Of a stretch of 64,000 bases of DNA, positions 27,832 through 41,424 are shown piece by piece. Positions within the stretch are counted from its first letter, which is position 1. The number at the start of each line of letters is the position of its first letter. Source of the stretch: Lytechinus pictus. Taxonomy: Eukaryota. The stretch covers positions 12,524,001 through 12,588,000 of the forward strand of contig NC_087245.1 in the NCBI RefSeq assembly GCF_037042905.1, written 5' to 3'. Under the pieces are notes generated by a model. It searched no databases, had not been told where the DNA came from, and saw only the letters and a list, made by a program, of their open reading frames with translations. The translations under genes were made by a program, and so were the position numbers.

Positions 27832-30274
27832 CTATTTTTGTATATGATATTACTAAGACTCTTTGTGACAACGGAATGCTACCCGCTGAGACGTGTAGTC
27901 TTTGTACACTGTCGTGTTGCTTGAAGTAAAAAAAATCGTTGATGGAGATGCTTTATTTATCCTTAATTGAGGAGAAAGTCTGGGATCAAAAAATTGTGTG
28001 AAGTTAATAAAAAGTGGCAATCTTAGAATCAGTATGTTGGTAGGCCTACACATAATATAATTTGATATTACAGAGTCACCATCAAAATAGTGATATAAGT
28101 TGTACTGTATTTTTTTTATTCACCACCAGATTAAGTGGTTGATATTATTTTCCAAGTGACCATTAGTTACGGTGGGCCAGACCATCCTTTCCGCGTTATA
28201 GATTGATTTATATTTTGTACATATCTTAAGATATCTTAAAGCCAGTAATGTAACGCTATAACACCGAGTCCACATAAAGGCAACCAACATTCACTCAGAT
28301 GAATAAACAATATAGTCCAATCAATCGATAAATCAATCCATCAACTCATTCATTACTTAGGATCATAACCCTACACTGATTGAATTACATGGGACTGAAC
28401 GTAGGCGACTAGCCATAACTTGAAGACGTTCCGCTGGATTAGCAGCATAAAACGGATGACGAACCTTCAACTTGAAACCCAGCCCGGGAGATTTTCTTTT
28501 GTCGCATGCCGACACGCCAGATAATGTTTCTTCCCTCCAGTAAGATAATTTGTTCAGTTAAATGACGAATGTGCTTTTCTCCCTCCATACCTCGTGGCAG
28601 ACGACGCCGTTCAGCAATCAACATACAGAATGCGATATTTGTGTTATCGATAGCGACCTCTGCTTTTATTAAACTGTAAATACAATTGTACTTTTCTTTG
28701 GTATTATTATATTCTGTTGATTATGAATTCATTAATTATAATATGGGATTATATTGTAAACGATCGCTTGCATAAAATCCAATGAAGTTAGTTAAGGGGT
28801 CATTCAATATTTAATGGATGAGGTGAATTACAATGGGTATGCACGAGTGTATATTCAAGTGCGGGCATTGGTTATTAATTTTATATATTGAATATATGTA
28901 TATGAGTGCAGACAGAAGAATTGTTGTTCATGCCTGGTATGTGTTAGGGTACGGGTCATTCTAATAACATTCTGAGGTATCGATCCCTGCAGTTTCACCA
29001 AGAATACCGCTACGGACAAAGTAAGGGGGCCATAATTGACCCCCTTTCGCGCCTAGCCCAGGGGCATAGCATGTTCTCTAACCATCGTCTCTGCATCCCT
29101 GCGGCGTCGATAATACTTTGCCAATAAAGCGACAAGTGCACGAACGAATTTGAAACAGTAACCAAGTTTGCTTTCAATATTGCATGCCCTCTTTCTGTTT
29201 TCACTTTGCTTCTGAAGCGTGGGAAACATAATATCCGTCAAAAAAGTCGCCTTTTCGGGCAAGAGTAAAGTTTCCTTTTTACAAGATCTCTCGACGGTCT
29301 ATTAGTTTTAAGATCTCACCTCATATAGGAAAATTCAATTAGAAGATGGAGGCCTGTTATTCTTTGATTGTCATTTACACTGCCTTGCCATATTTTCCTG
29401 CATATCATGCCATTTAGCATAACTGATTATTTGGTTCAGCTCTTCTACTAAATGCGATGATTTCAAGTATATTGATAATTAAAATAGGCATTTACCATGA
29501 GGCATTTCCATACTTCCCCTCCTTTTCCCCAATGTGTTAGAAAGAGAGAGTGTGTGTGTGCTGTGTGTGTGTGTAATGGGGGGGGGGGGGTGAACACTTC
29601 CATAAAGATATATATCATGTTTTCTATTCTCCAGGTATCACAAATTACCAACTGATAGCTTTTAACAAATAGAAACTGTGTCAGTAATAGACCACCGTAG
29701 CGAGGTCGAAATTCAGTTACGATGTTTGCAGAAGTTTGACGACTCCCTATGGCTTTACATTAAAACTATAGACAGGATCATCAAACTGTAACAAAGAAAA
29801 TGTTCAAAAGACGTTACTTAATAATACTTTCCACAGCCAATCAGCGATGTCTATTTTCGCGCCTTTTGTACGGTTTTTAATATTTAGATAAGACTGTATA
29901 CCTTTCATTTAAATAACAAGAATGAAGACATGGAAGCTCGATACATTTCTTTCGGTGATATTTTATGATGATTAAAGTCGACACTCCTAGCATGTCTTCC
30001 GTTTTAATGGAGGAAAGAAACACTCTCGGTCCGTTTTCATTCCGCTCATAAAAATCGTAAAAGCAGAACGCTTCAAACAAAGCAATGAAGTAAATATGGA
30101 GGAGCAGAGAGAGGGGGAGGGTGTGGTGAGTGAAGAAGAAGAAGAAGAAGAGAGAAGGAGATAAAGGGGACGTAGAGGGGGTGGGAGAGTACGGGCATTA
30201 ATACGCGGGAAAAGGGGCTAATGTAAAAGGGGGTCGACAAGGATGAGACACGTCTTCACGACTCGCAATCTGCA

Positions 30275-30410
30275 GGACCCTGTATCCCACAAACTAAGCC
30301 AATTATCGTGGGACTGACTTTTACAATTGATTATACATAGATAATTAAGTACAATCAAACATATTAATCAACTTTTATAACCAATCGATGGCCTTTTGAT
30401 AAAAGAACCA
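30275..30410. mobile_element. Diverged ~135-bp MITE, same family as 31984-32123 in opposite orientation
   Basis: Shared ATCGT..G.CT...TTTTACAAT and TAATCAA blocks; decayed GG(A/C)CC-type termini. Confidence 0.4.
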
Positions 30411-31983
30411 GGAGATGTCATGCAGGTCTGTTATTGTTAAACTTCTTGTCGCTTACGTACGAAAGTATATCATTTCCCCCAAAATAAGATAATTGATTTT
30501 TCTGTTGTCGATTATAATCCAGAAAATATTATTGTCTTTGAAAGTTTCAGTTATTGCATACCCAACGTTATGTACATTCATGATGCCTTTGTATGACGTT
30601 TGACCAAGATTTTGGTAGAATGTACCCTGACTTGTTTTTAAGAGAGAGCATGAATTGATGAAATTAGAGAATACTCTATTCTGGCTGTTCGGCGTGCACG
30701 AAAGATTAGAGAGACCGATCTATTAATAAGAAATAAGGGGAAATGTGTTGTCAAGGTAGATCATTAAAGATTACAAATAAAACAATCTTTATCGTTTTTT
30801 ATTTCAAAATTTTGAACGTGTGCCAATAGATGAACGTGAATGGATGAAAGTATTTGATTGTACCCGCTCTCTGGTAAAAGTAGCTAAAATGCCTCAAGTA
30901 ACAGCACGATCGGTAATCGGATTGAAGTAGCTCTAGGACACCAAATACTAAAGGGAATCGTGTCTCTCCTTCTTCGGGTACATAATCTGAAGTAATCCTC
31001 TGTAAGGTATGCTAGAATATCCATTAAAAGGCAGTGCATTAACCTTTCCCAACCTCAAGTGCCCTTTTCCTTGGTCCGTTCTGAGTCCGTTGCTGAAGAC
31101 AGAGATAGAAACGCATCTAAAATTCAATCTTTATTCCATTGATAAGTTCTGATAGGTTGAAAGTCGACTTGTGTTTGATTTTCAGAGTTGCATTTGATTG
31201 CAAATCTGCAACATGTCCGAAGTTGAGATGCTGAAGTTTCTAGTGTTTTTCAATTTCATGTCGATGACTTACAACATGCACTCTATCGCTTCTGTTTGTA
31301 ATTTTGGACTGCATTGGTCAAAGTCTATACCTGCTACCATTCGAATTGGAAAATATATTTCTGTTTAATTATCTCAAACATATCAGAGCGTAAAAAACGA
31401 GACTGAGAAGAAATTCAACCGACAAGAATGACAGCTGTACAAATGATAAACGGACACAATCATTCAGATCCCATGATCAATTCATTGTTTCGCTTTTGCC
31501 CCTTCCTCGTGTTCGTAGTAATTTATTTCACCATGGTCCCACCCCTATCCGAGAATGGGAACGTGCATAACTTATTTTAGAGGGTGTACCATTCCCTGTC
31601 AAAGTTATTTCTTCCTTAAATTTCCGTATTTCTAATTTCAAAAAGCTCGTTAAGACGCTTTGATTTATTCTTTGTCATTGCCATATCTATATTTTCTTAT
31701 TATTATTAGTTGAGATTTCTTGAATGGGCCTTGCCCTTGAATGCCAGAAGGCTTTGTGCGGAGATTACCCATAACATTAATAACATTGAGGATCAGCCGA
31801 CCATATCCATGATCCCTCACTCATTCGTCCGTTTTAAAAGTTAACATCGAGAGTTCCATTGCCTGCATGGAGATTTTATGATTTTCAACACATTTTGATG
31901 AGTGAGTGACGATAACAATAATCTCATTTAGGGTGAGGACATCGGCAATGATAAAAAAGACGTTTTTAATGATCTTGAAGTTC

Positions 31984-32123
31984 AGGGCCGTTTAACGAAA
32001 AGCTTAGCAAATAATTGTACAATTGATTAGTACGATTCATTTACTTATTGTTAGGCCTAATCAATGTAAATTGTAAAACTAGCCGTACGATCGATCGATC
32101 GCCCAGCCTTGTGTAAAGGGGAC
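31984..32123. mobile_element. Diverged ~140-bp MITE with GGGCC/GGACC termini
   Basis: GGGCCGTTTAACGAAAAGCTTAGC ... GCCCAGCCTTGTGTAAAGGGGACC form imperfect inverted ends. Confidence 0.5.
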
Positions 32124-35100
32124 CAGATAGTGCACCCTATCATGCGCTGTTGTCAATGACTGATGAACGTTGATTTGTCGAACTTCCCGACGTCGCTTAA
32201 GATCATTGACATTTTGAGTGGAGGGTGGCGTTGCTTCCTGCCTAGAGGTCAAGTCATATAAAAATTTGAACACGGCTTATCTTAAATACACATGGGATAT
32301 AAATCACCTGCGATCCGAATAATTGTAATTTTGGTGGCGAAATTTAGGAGGACACTTAAGTCAGGTTTGTATATTCATGATATTCGAGGGTAATACATTC
32401 CCATCGAGTCCTTATAGACACGGGACTCATTGCTATATGTGGTTTGAATTCTTAAGTTCAATAATTTGTCTTGAATCACAAACATGCACACTCCGTTATT
32501 TTGGCCCCACTGTCATTTGCAACACGATGTAAGAAAGTTCGATTCCAAAATCAGAGCAAAGTGTTGAATGCACGAGATAGTGTGGGAACCAATTATTATC
32601 TTCTCTCTCTCTCTCTTTTCGGGGGGGGGGGGGGGTTCAGAGTCTTTCAGACGAGGATTTGTGAGACCCTCTTTTGTTATTCTAGTCAGATTGTGAATAC
32701 TATTTTCTTTAAATGCCGACCGTGTTTAGAGTTGATAACTAGTTGAAAACTTTCTTTCTGTCAGATTTTCTCAGGGAAAAATGAAAAAAAAAATTGACCC
32801 ATTCTACCGTTATACATGGTCGACCATGAAAGTAAAACGAATTAAATTAATATAATTATGAAACTATAAGATATGTTTTATTGTTAAGATAGCATAAATG
32901 ACATATTATAGATAGTTCAAGATTCGCAACGTTATCTATATTGGATCATCATTAAATACAAACATTAATAATAATTTCCATACTCTTTCAACCGAATAGC
33001 TTGATGTGTGCCAGACGCTCACGAATATTCCAAAATAGTGCACCGCATAATATTCAATATGAAGCTCACTCATTTTTTTTTCATCATTAAGTCACTACTA
33101 TTTCGTATTATGGTCCAAGCCCCTCCCCTAGAATATGTGTTCTAGAAATACACCTGATCAAGAGGCTGACTTAAAAGCTAATATACCTTTGCAGGTAATT
33201 CCCCGATGAGTCATAGAGCGCGTGTATGCCTTTTCAATCCAATTAGCATGAGTGTTTAATGATACAATTATCACGCCAAAATGCAATAATCAAATTAGTA
33301 CGGACAAAATTAAGGCAAAATGACGCTATATTGTAATATTTAAAGAGAAAAGAAAAGCAAGAAGAACAAGATATTGTTAGAAAAAAAGAAGACAGATTGA
33401 TAAGAATGGGAAAAAATGAGAATGAGAATGAGAGGGAGAAGAAGGTGAATGAGAAGAAGAAAATTAAAATGAAGGAGGAAAGAGAGAAAGTAACTAAGAG
33501 AAAGCAACTTGAATCTTGATGCATTGAAAGGACTGAATGAAAGGGGGAGCTTTGGAGAAAAAAAATCATAGAAATTAAAAAATAGGACAAAAGTCACTTT
33601 TTTAAGATAGCACAATTTCCGACTGCAGCATGGGAGGAAAGGCGAACCAGAATAACAGTGGAGTGCAACGTAGACAAACATGATGATAAAACACTGTCTA
33701 CTGTGGCGGTAAAGATCAAAGAAATTTCTATTTTTTTCCTTCCGCCTTTTATCGAAGACATGAGAGGGAGAAAGATGCAGGCATCGATGCGGCAGAGTAT
33801 CTCGACCTACCAGCTCATTATTAGAGGAAAGGACGGTCATTTTTTCCCCTCCCTTCCCCCTTGTCGGTTAATATCTACTGTACTATAGGTTTGCTCTCTC
33901 TATATCATGAACAACTATAGCGTGTCTCAAAATAAAGAGTGATTGCTCTCAGTCTCCGGTCGAGTTAGAAATGTTCCCACCAATTCTAAAATCCAATTTC
34001 AGCATGGAAATCATAATAATTATGATATCCCGGTTTTCTTATTAGAAAAGTTATGAAGAACACAAATATTTCAAGTGGTTTTCAGAAAAAAAGTATTAGG
34101 CCTAACTTTAATTTATGCACATGTAAATATACGCCTATAATATAATTTATCCACGTCATGGTATTTGATATATGCAATATAAGTAAATCATTTCAAATAA
34201 TATTTTATATGATATTGACCTACATCCTTAGCACTGTTCAATTATCGATATATATATATATAATTTACTTGAATCTCAAAAAGTCAAGTTATTTTTATTC
34301 GCTACTCTTAGTTATTTCTGTACTTATCCTAAGGTCAAATTTATAATATCACTCCGCGTAGTGATAAAATAAAGAGGAAATATGTGTTTGCTGTGAGAAT
34401 GGAGAGATAACAGAAGGTCGAGATCAAAGGGATGAATACATCATCCGAAAGCGAAAAATGAAAATAACGGAAAGGGGGACGCCTGCTTAAGTAAACTTGA
34501 GAGGTGTCCTTTAAGACACTTATCAACTCCCCGATGGACTACTTTCACAAGATAAAAATTCATTAACCGTGAGATTAGAAAGCTGAGAGGGCACGAAAGT
34601 CTCCCCACAAAAAAGGGGTATAAAGCGCCGTCAGTTTTTTTCTTCATCTAATTCAGACGATGAAGGCGTGACTCCGTTGAGAGAGAACACTTTCCAATAG
34701 TCTTGAAAATTAAACCCTTTAAATGTCTTTTTTGGTACTAATATGGATGGATGTGTGTGCGTGCGTGTGCTGGTGTGGATTTGCTTGTCTATCATTGACC
34801 AAATAATAATTTTCTTCTTCAGTTTTTAAAATAACCGACAAACCGAAGTTTTTCAGATGAACTTATAATTTGATCAGTAGTGATTATTGCTTCCCAAAAC
34901 AAATGGCGTGATAAGAGCAATATTTCGTTGCAAACTCTTCAGCCTTAGATTCATATAATTAGAATGGAAATGAAAATGGTGTGAAGAAAGCAAATAGGAA
35001 GTTAATGGCTGTGAGAATAAGGATAACAGATTACGATGCAAAATGCAAGATTTAAATAAGACATCGATAAGAAATTGAAAACGAGTTGTAAGAAGATGAT

Positions 35101-36475
35101 GAGAAAAAAGGGATAACATATTACTTTTTCTACATTATTAGCGATTGTGACTAATAGGGTTTATTGATGGATGTGCACATGCAAAGTGAAAAGAAATAAA
35201 TTACAATGTGCTTGTAGGTATTTTGTGATACTTGAAACAGGTCTGAGAGGGCAGACTATACTCCTGCGAGCGGTAGTTTACCATCTTCCCCTGATGTTCC
35301 TATTATTTTCCCGCCATCGGTGTTTTCATGATATTGATATTCCTCATTCTGCTCTATCTTGCATTCCAATTATATTGCATTTCAAAGGGAACGGGGTTTT
35401 CCCCGCTTTTGTTCAGAATCTATCAGTCGTTTTGGTTTTTGTAATGAGACAAATTAAAACGTTTGTCTTTTGATATCACTTCTCAGTTAGGTTTTTTTAC
35501 ATAGAATTGTATGAGTGTTTCTTGTGAAATTTATTGTTCGATTCGACTGACGTTTTGGTTATTGCGGTATTTGAATTGATAGATGGCAGGGAAGATGACC
35601 GTACTAGGCAAAATTATATTCAAAATTAAATTTCCGATTAAAATTATTCAACGAGAATTGAATAAGGAAAGCGCTGAATATTGAATGATTGAGAAAGGTG
35701 ATATAGAAGGTAAAAAAAAAGTATAGCAATACTGGTTAAGAGGAGGTTGGGTAATGCACTATAGATTTTTTTTTTTGGGGGGGGGGTCGACTCAGGAGCT
35801 GAAGATTCGACATGTTAACTTTTTCTGCAATATTTTTTGTTCTAAAATTTCTTTTCACAAATAATATTTGCACCAATGTTTGTTAAATACATTTGTCTAT
35901 TTTAAGGACAATCGAATGCCAACAAAGGGTTGTAAATAGGACCTTTGAAGTAAAAAAAAATTATTAAGACACATTATTAGGTCTCTTTTCGTGATGATTG
36001 TGAGTAGAAATTAGGGAAAGAGACCATATAAAAATCTACAACGGTTAAGGTTTGCGAGATGGATTTTAGAATAGAAATGAAAGATTTATTAAAGAAAAGC
36101 ACATTGAAATAAAATATTTGCACATACAAATTAATGTAACTGATTTATTGGTATATACCTTTTCCACATCATACTCATTTAACTGAATAATGGTATCGCT
36201 TATCAGGTTCATTGAAAAAATCATGCAATTTTGTTGAAAAAGACAAGGTTATATTTTACAAGTTCAAGTGTGAATTTAATGACATACATGGCCAATCAGA
36301 AAATGATGATAATTTCTCCAAAAAGCCATTTAATGTTTATGAAATGTATGCAATTTTGTTGTAAGTAACATCTTAATTTCCTGTCGAGTTGAAATTCGTG
36401 TCGAGGCGGTGTTCTTCAAACGTAGTGTGAGGTTAGATTCTTAAGGCTCTGTTAGATCCCACAGACACTGTCAGA

Positions 36476-36502
36476 CCAAGGAGATAGGTGATATCTCCTT
36501 GG
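36476..36502. mobile_element. 27-bp palindromic micro-element flanked by a TCAGA direct repeat
   Basis: TCAGA|CCAAGGAGATA-GGTGA-TATCTCCTTGG|TCAGA: perfect 11-bp inverted repeat plus a 5-bp target-site-like duplication. Confidence 0.6.
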
Positions 36503-37489
36503 TCAGAAGCTATACCATCTTAAGATATACCGTCTGAGAAACAAATGCATATCATAATTGCACTTTTTAGATTTGTTCTTAAAATGGTTTAAACGTAGTC
36601 GTAGGCATATTATAGACGTTGAAATGTCGCTACACACGAAGTAAAATCCAAACCCTAGATATAAAAAAAGAACAGCACATTTTGTGTGCTTTCGTACACC
36701 CCGCATGAAACAGGTATAATTTTAATATGTACCACTTTAAAAAAAATTGTACTTGGTTGCGCCCTATTTACAATCAATGGTACGGAAAATTATTAAAGGG
36801 TGCAATTTTGCAGCCTTTGGGATACAGAACGTTACTATCTGCACCCATGACGGTGTGAAAAGGTAATTCTTAGCGTGAAAAAAAAAATTGTCGCCAAAAG
36901 GAGCTTTCAGTGTGATATTTGCATTTTGAAGGGAACCTTTTTTCAGTGTAGCCATTTAAACCTTCCTCAAGATCAAAGATGAATTTTCCGAGGTTTGACA
37001 CCACCTAACATCAAACATTTAGACATAGTTAGATTAAACCTCGTATTAGTGTGAGTGACGCTATTGTAAAACACACCCGTAGTATGTGTCAGGGCCTTAG
37101 CATGCGGGCATGGTGGGTAGTGGTCTTTCATCTGAAAGCTTGGTCGAGCCATTTCAAAGGCCCGGCGGATATTACAGGCAGATGTTACTATAGTCATTCT
37201 TGTCATCTCAAAATGTTTTGCAATGTTCCATCGATCACTTCTTCCATTTTCCCTATCTTTTATCTTTTATCTTTTATCTTTCCCTCTTCCCGACGATGCC
37301 AACTTTCATTTCACCATGCACTCATACCAGGTGTTCAGTTTACTTCATCGAGGTCGGGTCATCGATGGACAGGATCCTCCACAATTTGTTGCTCAACAAA
37401 ATAATTCAAATAAACTTTTCATTGTATCACTTACATTTACAGTTTTCAATACCCTTTTTGGTAGTGGTATAGATTTTACTTGATTGCTA

Positions 37490-37632
37490 AGAAAGCATGA
37501 ATGGGAAGCAGGTCGTCTCTGAAGGATTTGGTAATGAGGAAAATGCATTATAGCTAAGGGCACCAGCCAGCGTACCGGGAATCGAACCCGGGTCACATTG
37601 TTAAAATCGTCACTCTACCAACACTGCAGAGC
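37490..37632 (-). mobile_element. Truncated tRNA-derived SINE fragment
   Basis: Minus strand CCCGGGTTCGATTCCCGG (B-box 37588-37578) followed by a GTGCCCTTAGC...CATTTTCCTCATT body; no complete cloverleaf. Confidence 0.6.
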
Positions 37633-39339
37633 TATCACGCAGTTACAAGCCTTGATTTTGTATTTAGGCTTTAATTACTATTATGATATGTCTGAAATAT
37701 ATCCTACACTTTTGGTGTTCACTATCTATGAGTCACCCCATCCCATGCACTTCTACTTTTTTCGTCACAGTTCATTATCCCGTTGATTTTGTTCTTGTTG
37801 TAAATAAGGTGCAAAGCACGGAGCTAAAAGCGATTAAACTCCAAGGCTCAAAATCAGTGACTTGAAGCGAATAAATGGAAAAGAGTCAGTATAAAAGTAT
37901 TGTCTATAGTACAGTGACCTGTAAATATATCCCAGGTGTACAATACTTGTAACTGACACAAACAAATCTAACCTTATGTACCAGTCGTTTCTATCTTTAT
38001 TTCCATTGATAGAATCAGTGAATCGCCAACATAATGTTTATTAATTCCTCCTCTTAATAATCGCCAGGAATTGTTACAATTTATTGTTCCGTGTTGAATT
38101 CTGCGGCTTGTAACTTAACACTTGTCTTCCTAAGGATAACGACTGGAAATTCTAGACTAGGTCTCGAATTGGAAAATGGGAGAAACACGTGTAGTTGGGG
38201 GCTAGAGGTCGCGTTTGGAACGTGTTATTACATAGATACCGGGGCGTTAGCAATAAGCTTGAACTTGGAAACCCGATCAGGATGGAATTTATATGTCAAG
38301 GGAACGAGATTTTCTTTCCCAAATTGAAAAGAGAAACGATGTGTCAAGGATGTTGTAACATTGGGTCTGAGAGTCAAACTGAAGCATTATTTTTCTTCAA
38401 AATATCGATGGTTATGTGTACATTATAGACGGGGGTTGCCACTAACCCACCACCCCCTTCCCTCATGAAGCCTCCTCTGTTTTAATCCTTACTTCATATA
38501 ACCCAAAGTTTTCACTACAGTTGGTTAAATTTGAAGTCTTGAAATGCAAGAGTTTCCGCTTGATTATCATCGCCCGTTCTTTTCTTTACATTCATTTTGC
38601 GAATGATTTATCCTATAAGAAGCCTTCTTAAGGCAAATTATTGGTACATATGACCATCGTTAACCAAATGTACAATTCAAAGTTAACAGTGGTCTAATGA
38701 TAACCGAATGCTGAAGGTGTGGATTTCGTGCACGATTTCTGAAAAGTACAAGCGAGCGGGCGAAATAAGTAAACGAGAAACAACAAAGTTATGATGATCT
38801 GATGATGATGATGAAAAAAAAATCAGTTCGAATTGTCCACTATCTATTCGTTACAGATTTTTTTTTATCTTAAAGAGTATGATAAAAATATATGATAAAA
38901 ACATGTTTTTACAAACCTTAGTCTATGTTTTCGTTTTTTTTCTGGATTTTTTTTAAAGCGGATGAAGGTCGTTGAAGTCTTGATCGATGATATATGATAT
39001 CAAATCATATACTGAGTTTCTTAATTATTATGAGATTGTTCTGAAATTTTTATTGAAGTTGCATTATTTAACACGTTTTTCTGTCGAACTAATTTTGTAT
39101 GTATCTATATATATTTTTTTGTCTTTCACAAAGTGATTTCTTTTCTTAATACTAACATAATAAATAATATCAAATATTTGTAGATATATCCTGATTTATA
39201 TTTACATGTTGTTTTATATTGGAACGCTTTCCAATTCCGATTTGTGTTCCGAAATTCGTACCAATTTTTACTTCAAGTTTGCGGTCTCATCTTAACCTAA
39301 TTTTCTACTCAGGCCACACCGATTTATCATTTTGTATCC

Positions 39340-39590
39340 GCGTTACCATAACTACACACTAAGTGACGTCATGTATATACATTTCACTCACCTTTTTATA
39401 TTCTTTAAAAAAAATTATTTTCTTGATATTTTTCGCACCTTCGAAAAGCAGAGAATAATGCTAATCGTTCTAAAGCTTGACTCCTGGCAACCACGTAATT
39501 CAAAACCATTACCAGATTATAGCGGCGAGCCGAATGGTGACCTGGATTGACCTTTTATGGGCATGCGCAGAAAATATGACCTCAAGCGGA
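39340..39590. promoter_or_regulatory. Candidate intronic enhancer with a perfect DR4 nuclear-receptor element
   Basis: TGACCT-GGAT-TGACCT 39538-39553, a third TGACCT at 39577-39582, NRF1-like TGGGCATGCGCA 39558-39569 and CRE TGACGTCA 39364-39371. Confidence 0.45.
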
Positions 39591-41031
39591 GGTGAATCCA
39601 TAACGTCTCCAATACACAACCCTTCATACATGTCATAACTACACCCTTCACCCCCTCTCTCTCTCTCTCTCTCTCCTCCCATCACTATATCTCTTCCTCT
39701 TTCCTCTCCCACCTCTTTCCCACTCTGTCTCCCCATTTCCCATCTTTTTTTCTCTCTCTAATATCCGAATAGCCCTTCTTCCCTTGCTGCGCATAAATTT
39801 CCTCGACATATATGTTTTCAGATATACGCTCTAACAAAATCCAGCAAACATTTGTGAATTCATTGTCTGGTTAAAAAAAACTAAGATTCCAGGACAACAT
39901 TACTATCCATATAGGCCTAGGTCACCTTGGTTATGACAATTTTTTATGATCATTGTGGTCAGAATTTTGGCGCCACTTTATGATGTTCTCTGTGCATAAA
40001 GAGGTCAAGTCAATAATCGTAATCTACTACCGATATGATCGAAATGGCAGAATATCAAAATACATATTTCACCATGCAGGTTCACTAAATCTACTGTCTC
40101 TTCATGAAACATAATAGTTATTGACATTTTCTGAGCAACGTAATATTTATCAAAGTCACTTTTGTCCTCCATTCCCTAATCAACATCAGCTTCAGTCCAT
40201 CGAACATTATGCGAATTTTACATCCAAACAAACTTGATATTTTTACATTTTGATGTTAAAAAAGAATTGAAAAAGTCAGTAAATTACCAGTCATATGCAG
40301 AACCTCATTCCTGCGGCGTTTCAAGACAACTTATTTCAAATTATATGGACGTAGTTACCATTTCATACTGGAATGAAGATAGCATCCTTCTATAAAGTAA
40401 TATCGACACATTTATTTAACGAAAGTGATTTTTTTATTAGAGTAGCATCTTATTTAAATGTTAACATTACAATGACTAGACTAGTTTGAAAGTGTATATG
40501 CTACCGTGTTGTTATGGTACGTTTGCAATTTTTGCAATTTTTCAGAAAAAAATGCACCATATCGAAAACTTAGCCCCCTCCCCCACCCTCGGTTGATTTT
40601 ATGCCTCATTAAACCACTGATTATAACATAAGGATGAAGCCATCCTAGATCATTTAATTACATGATCAACGGCAAAGATGCTTCTAAATCTAACACTCTT
40701 ATAAATGCTCTTAGTGCTCCTCAGAACTTGTTCATCAGACGACGGAAAATGATGACCTCCTCCCGATCATCTTTCCCGCCTTCTTCTCCACCCTCGGCAT
40801 CCTTCTAATTGGAAAGAGATCATTAAAAAGTACTCACAACCTCAATTATTATCCTCCATCAAGAACCTCCATTCCGGGCGTGATAAGGAATTAATTCTTT
40901 ATGAGATGACTCTTGTTCACGCGAGAGTGCTGTAATATAGTTCACATCCAAACCTGCAATACTATACCGCTGCCTACTACGGGTTCCACAGTTACTGTTT
41001 TGTGTAGTCGTAAACCATAGAATATATCCCC

Positions 41032-41045
41032 GTTACCATGGCAAC
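41032..41045. promoter_or_regulatory. Consensus RFX X-box
   Basis: GTTACCATGGCAAC matches GTTRCCATGGYAAC exactly. Confidence 0.45.
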
Positions 41046-41390
41046 ATTAAATATAAAATCAAATGTGCAACTGAATGTAAATTTATATCAATAGCAAACA
41101 ATGCGCAAAATGTATTCTATGGAATATATTGGTTGCAATTGTGTCGTGACCCATGCATGCGGCAGAAATGTTTGACTCATTATAGGCCTATTCCCATTTT
41201 CATTTTTCGTCAAACCTTCATCAATGTGTTTCTTACTGTACATTTTCCTGCTGCAATTTAAGCCAACTTGATATCAGAATGAACTTTCCCTTGAAATGTT
41301 AATGTATGTATTTTGATACAAAAACAATATGATGGTTCATTGGATATAATTTATGTGATGAATTGACGTGAAATGATGTTGGTAATAACA

Positions 41391-41424
41391 ATAATATATC
41401 ACCTCTAAAGAGGTGATATATTAT
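41391..41424. repeat. Perfect 16-bp inverted repeat with a 2-nt loop
   Basis: ATAATATATCACCTCT-AA-AGAGGTGATATATTAT. Confidence 0.9.

Noticed and set aside
33243-33840. Phe/Leu/Ser-rich membrane-like ORFs
   Set aside because: Reverse-strand translation of an A/G-rich low-complexity tract.
37560-37632. tRNA gene on the minus strand
   Set aside because: Only the T-arm/B-box is intact; the rest is a SINE-like remnant.
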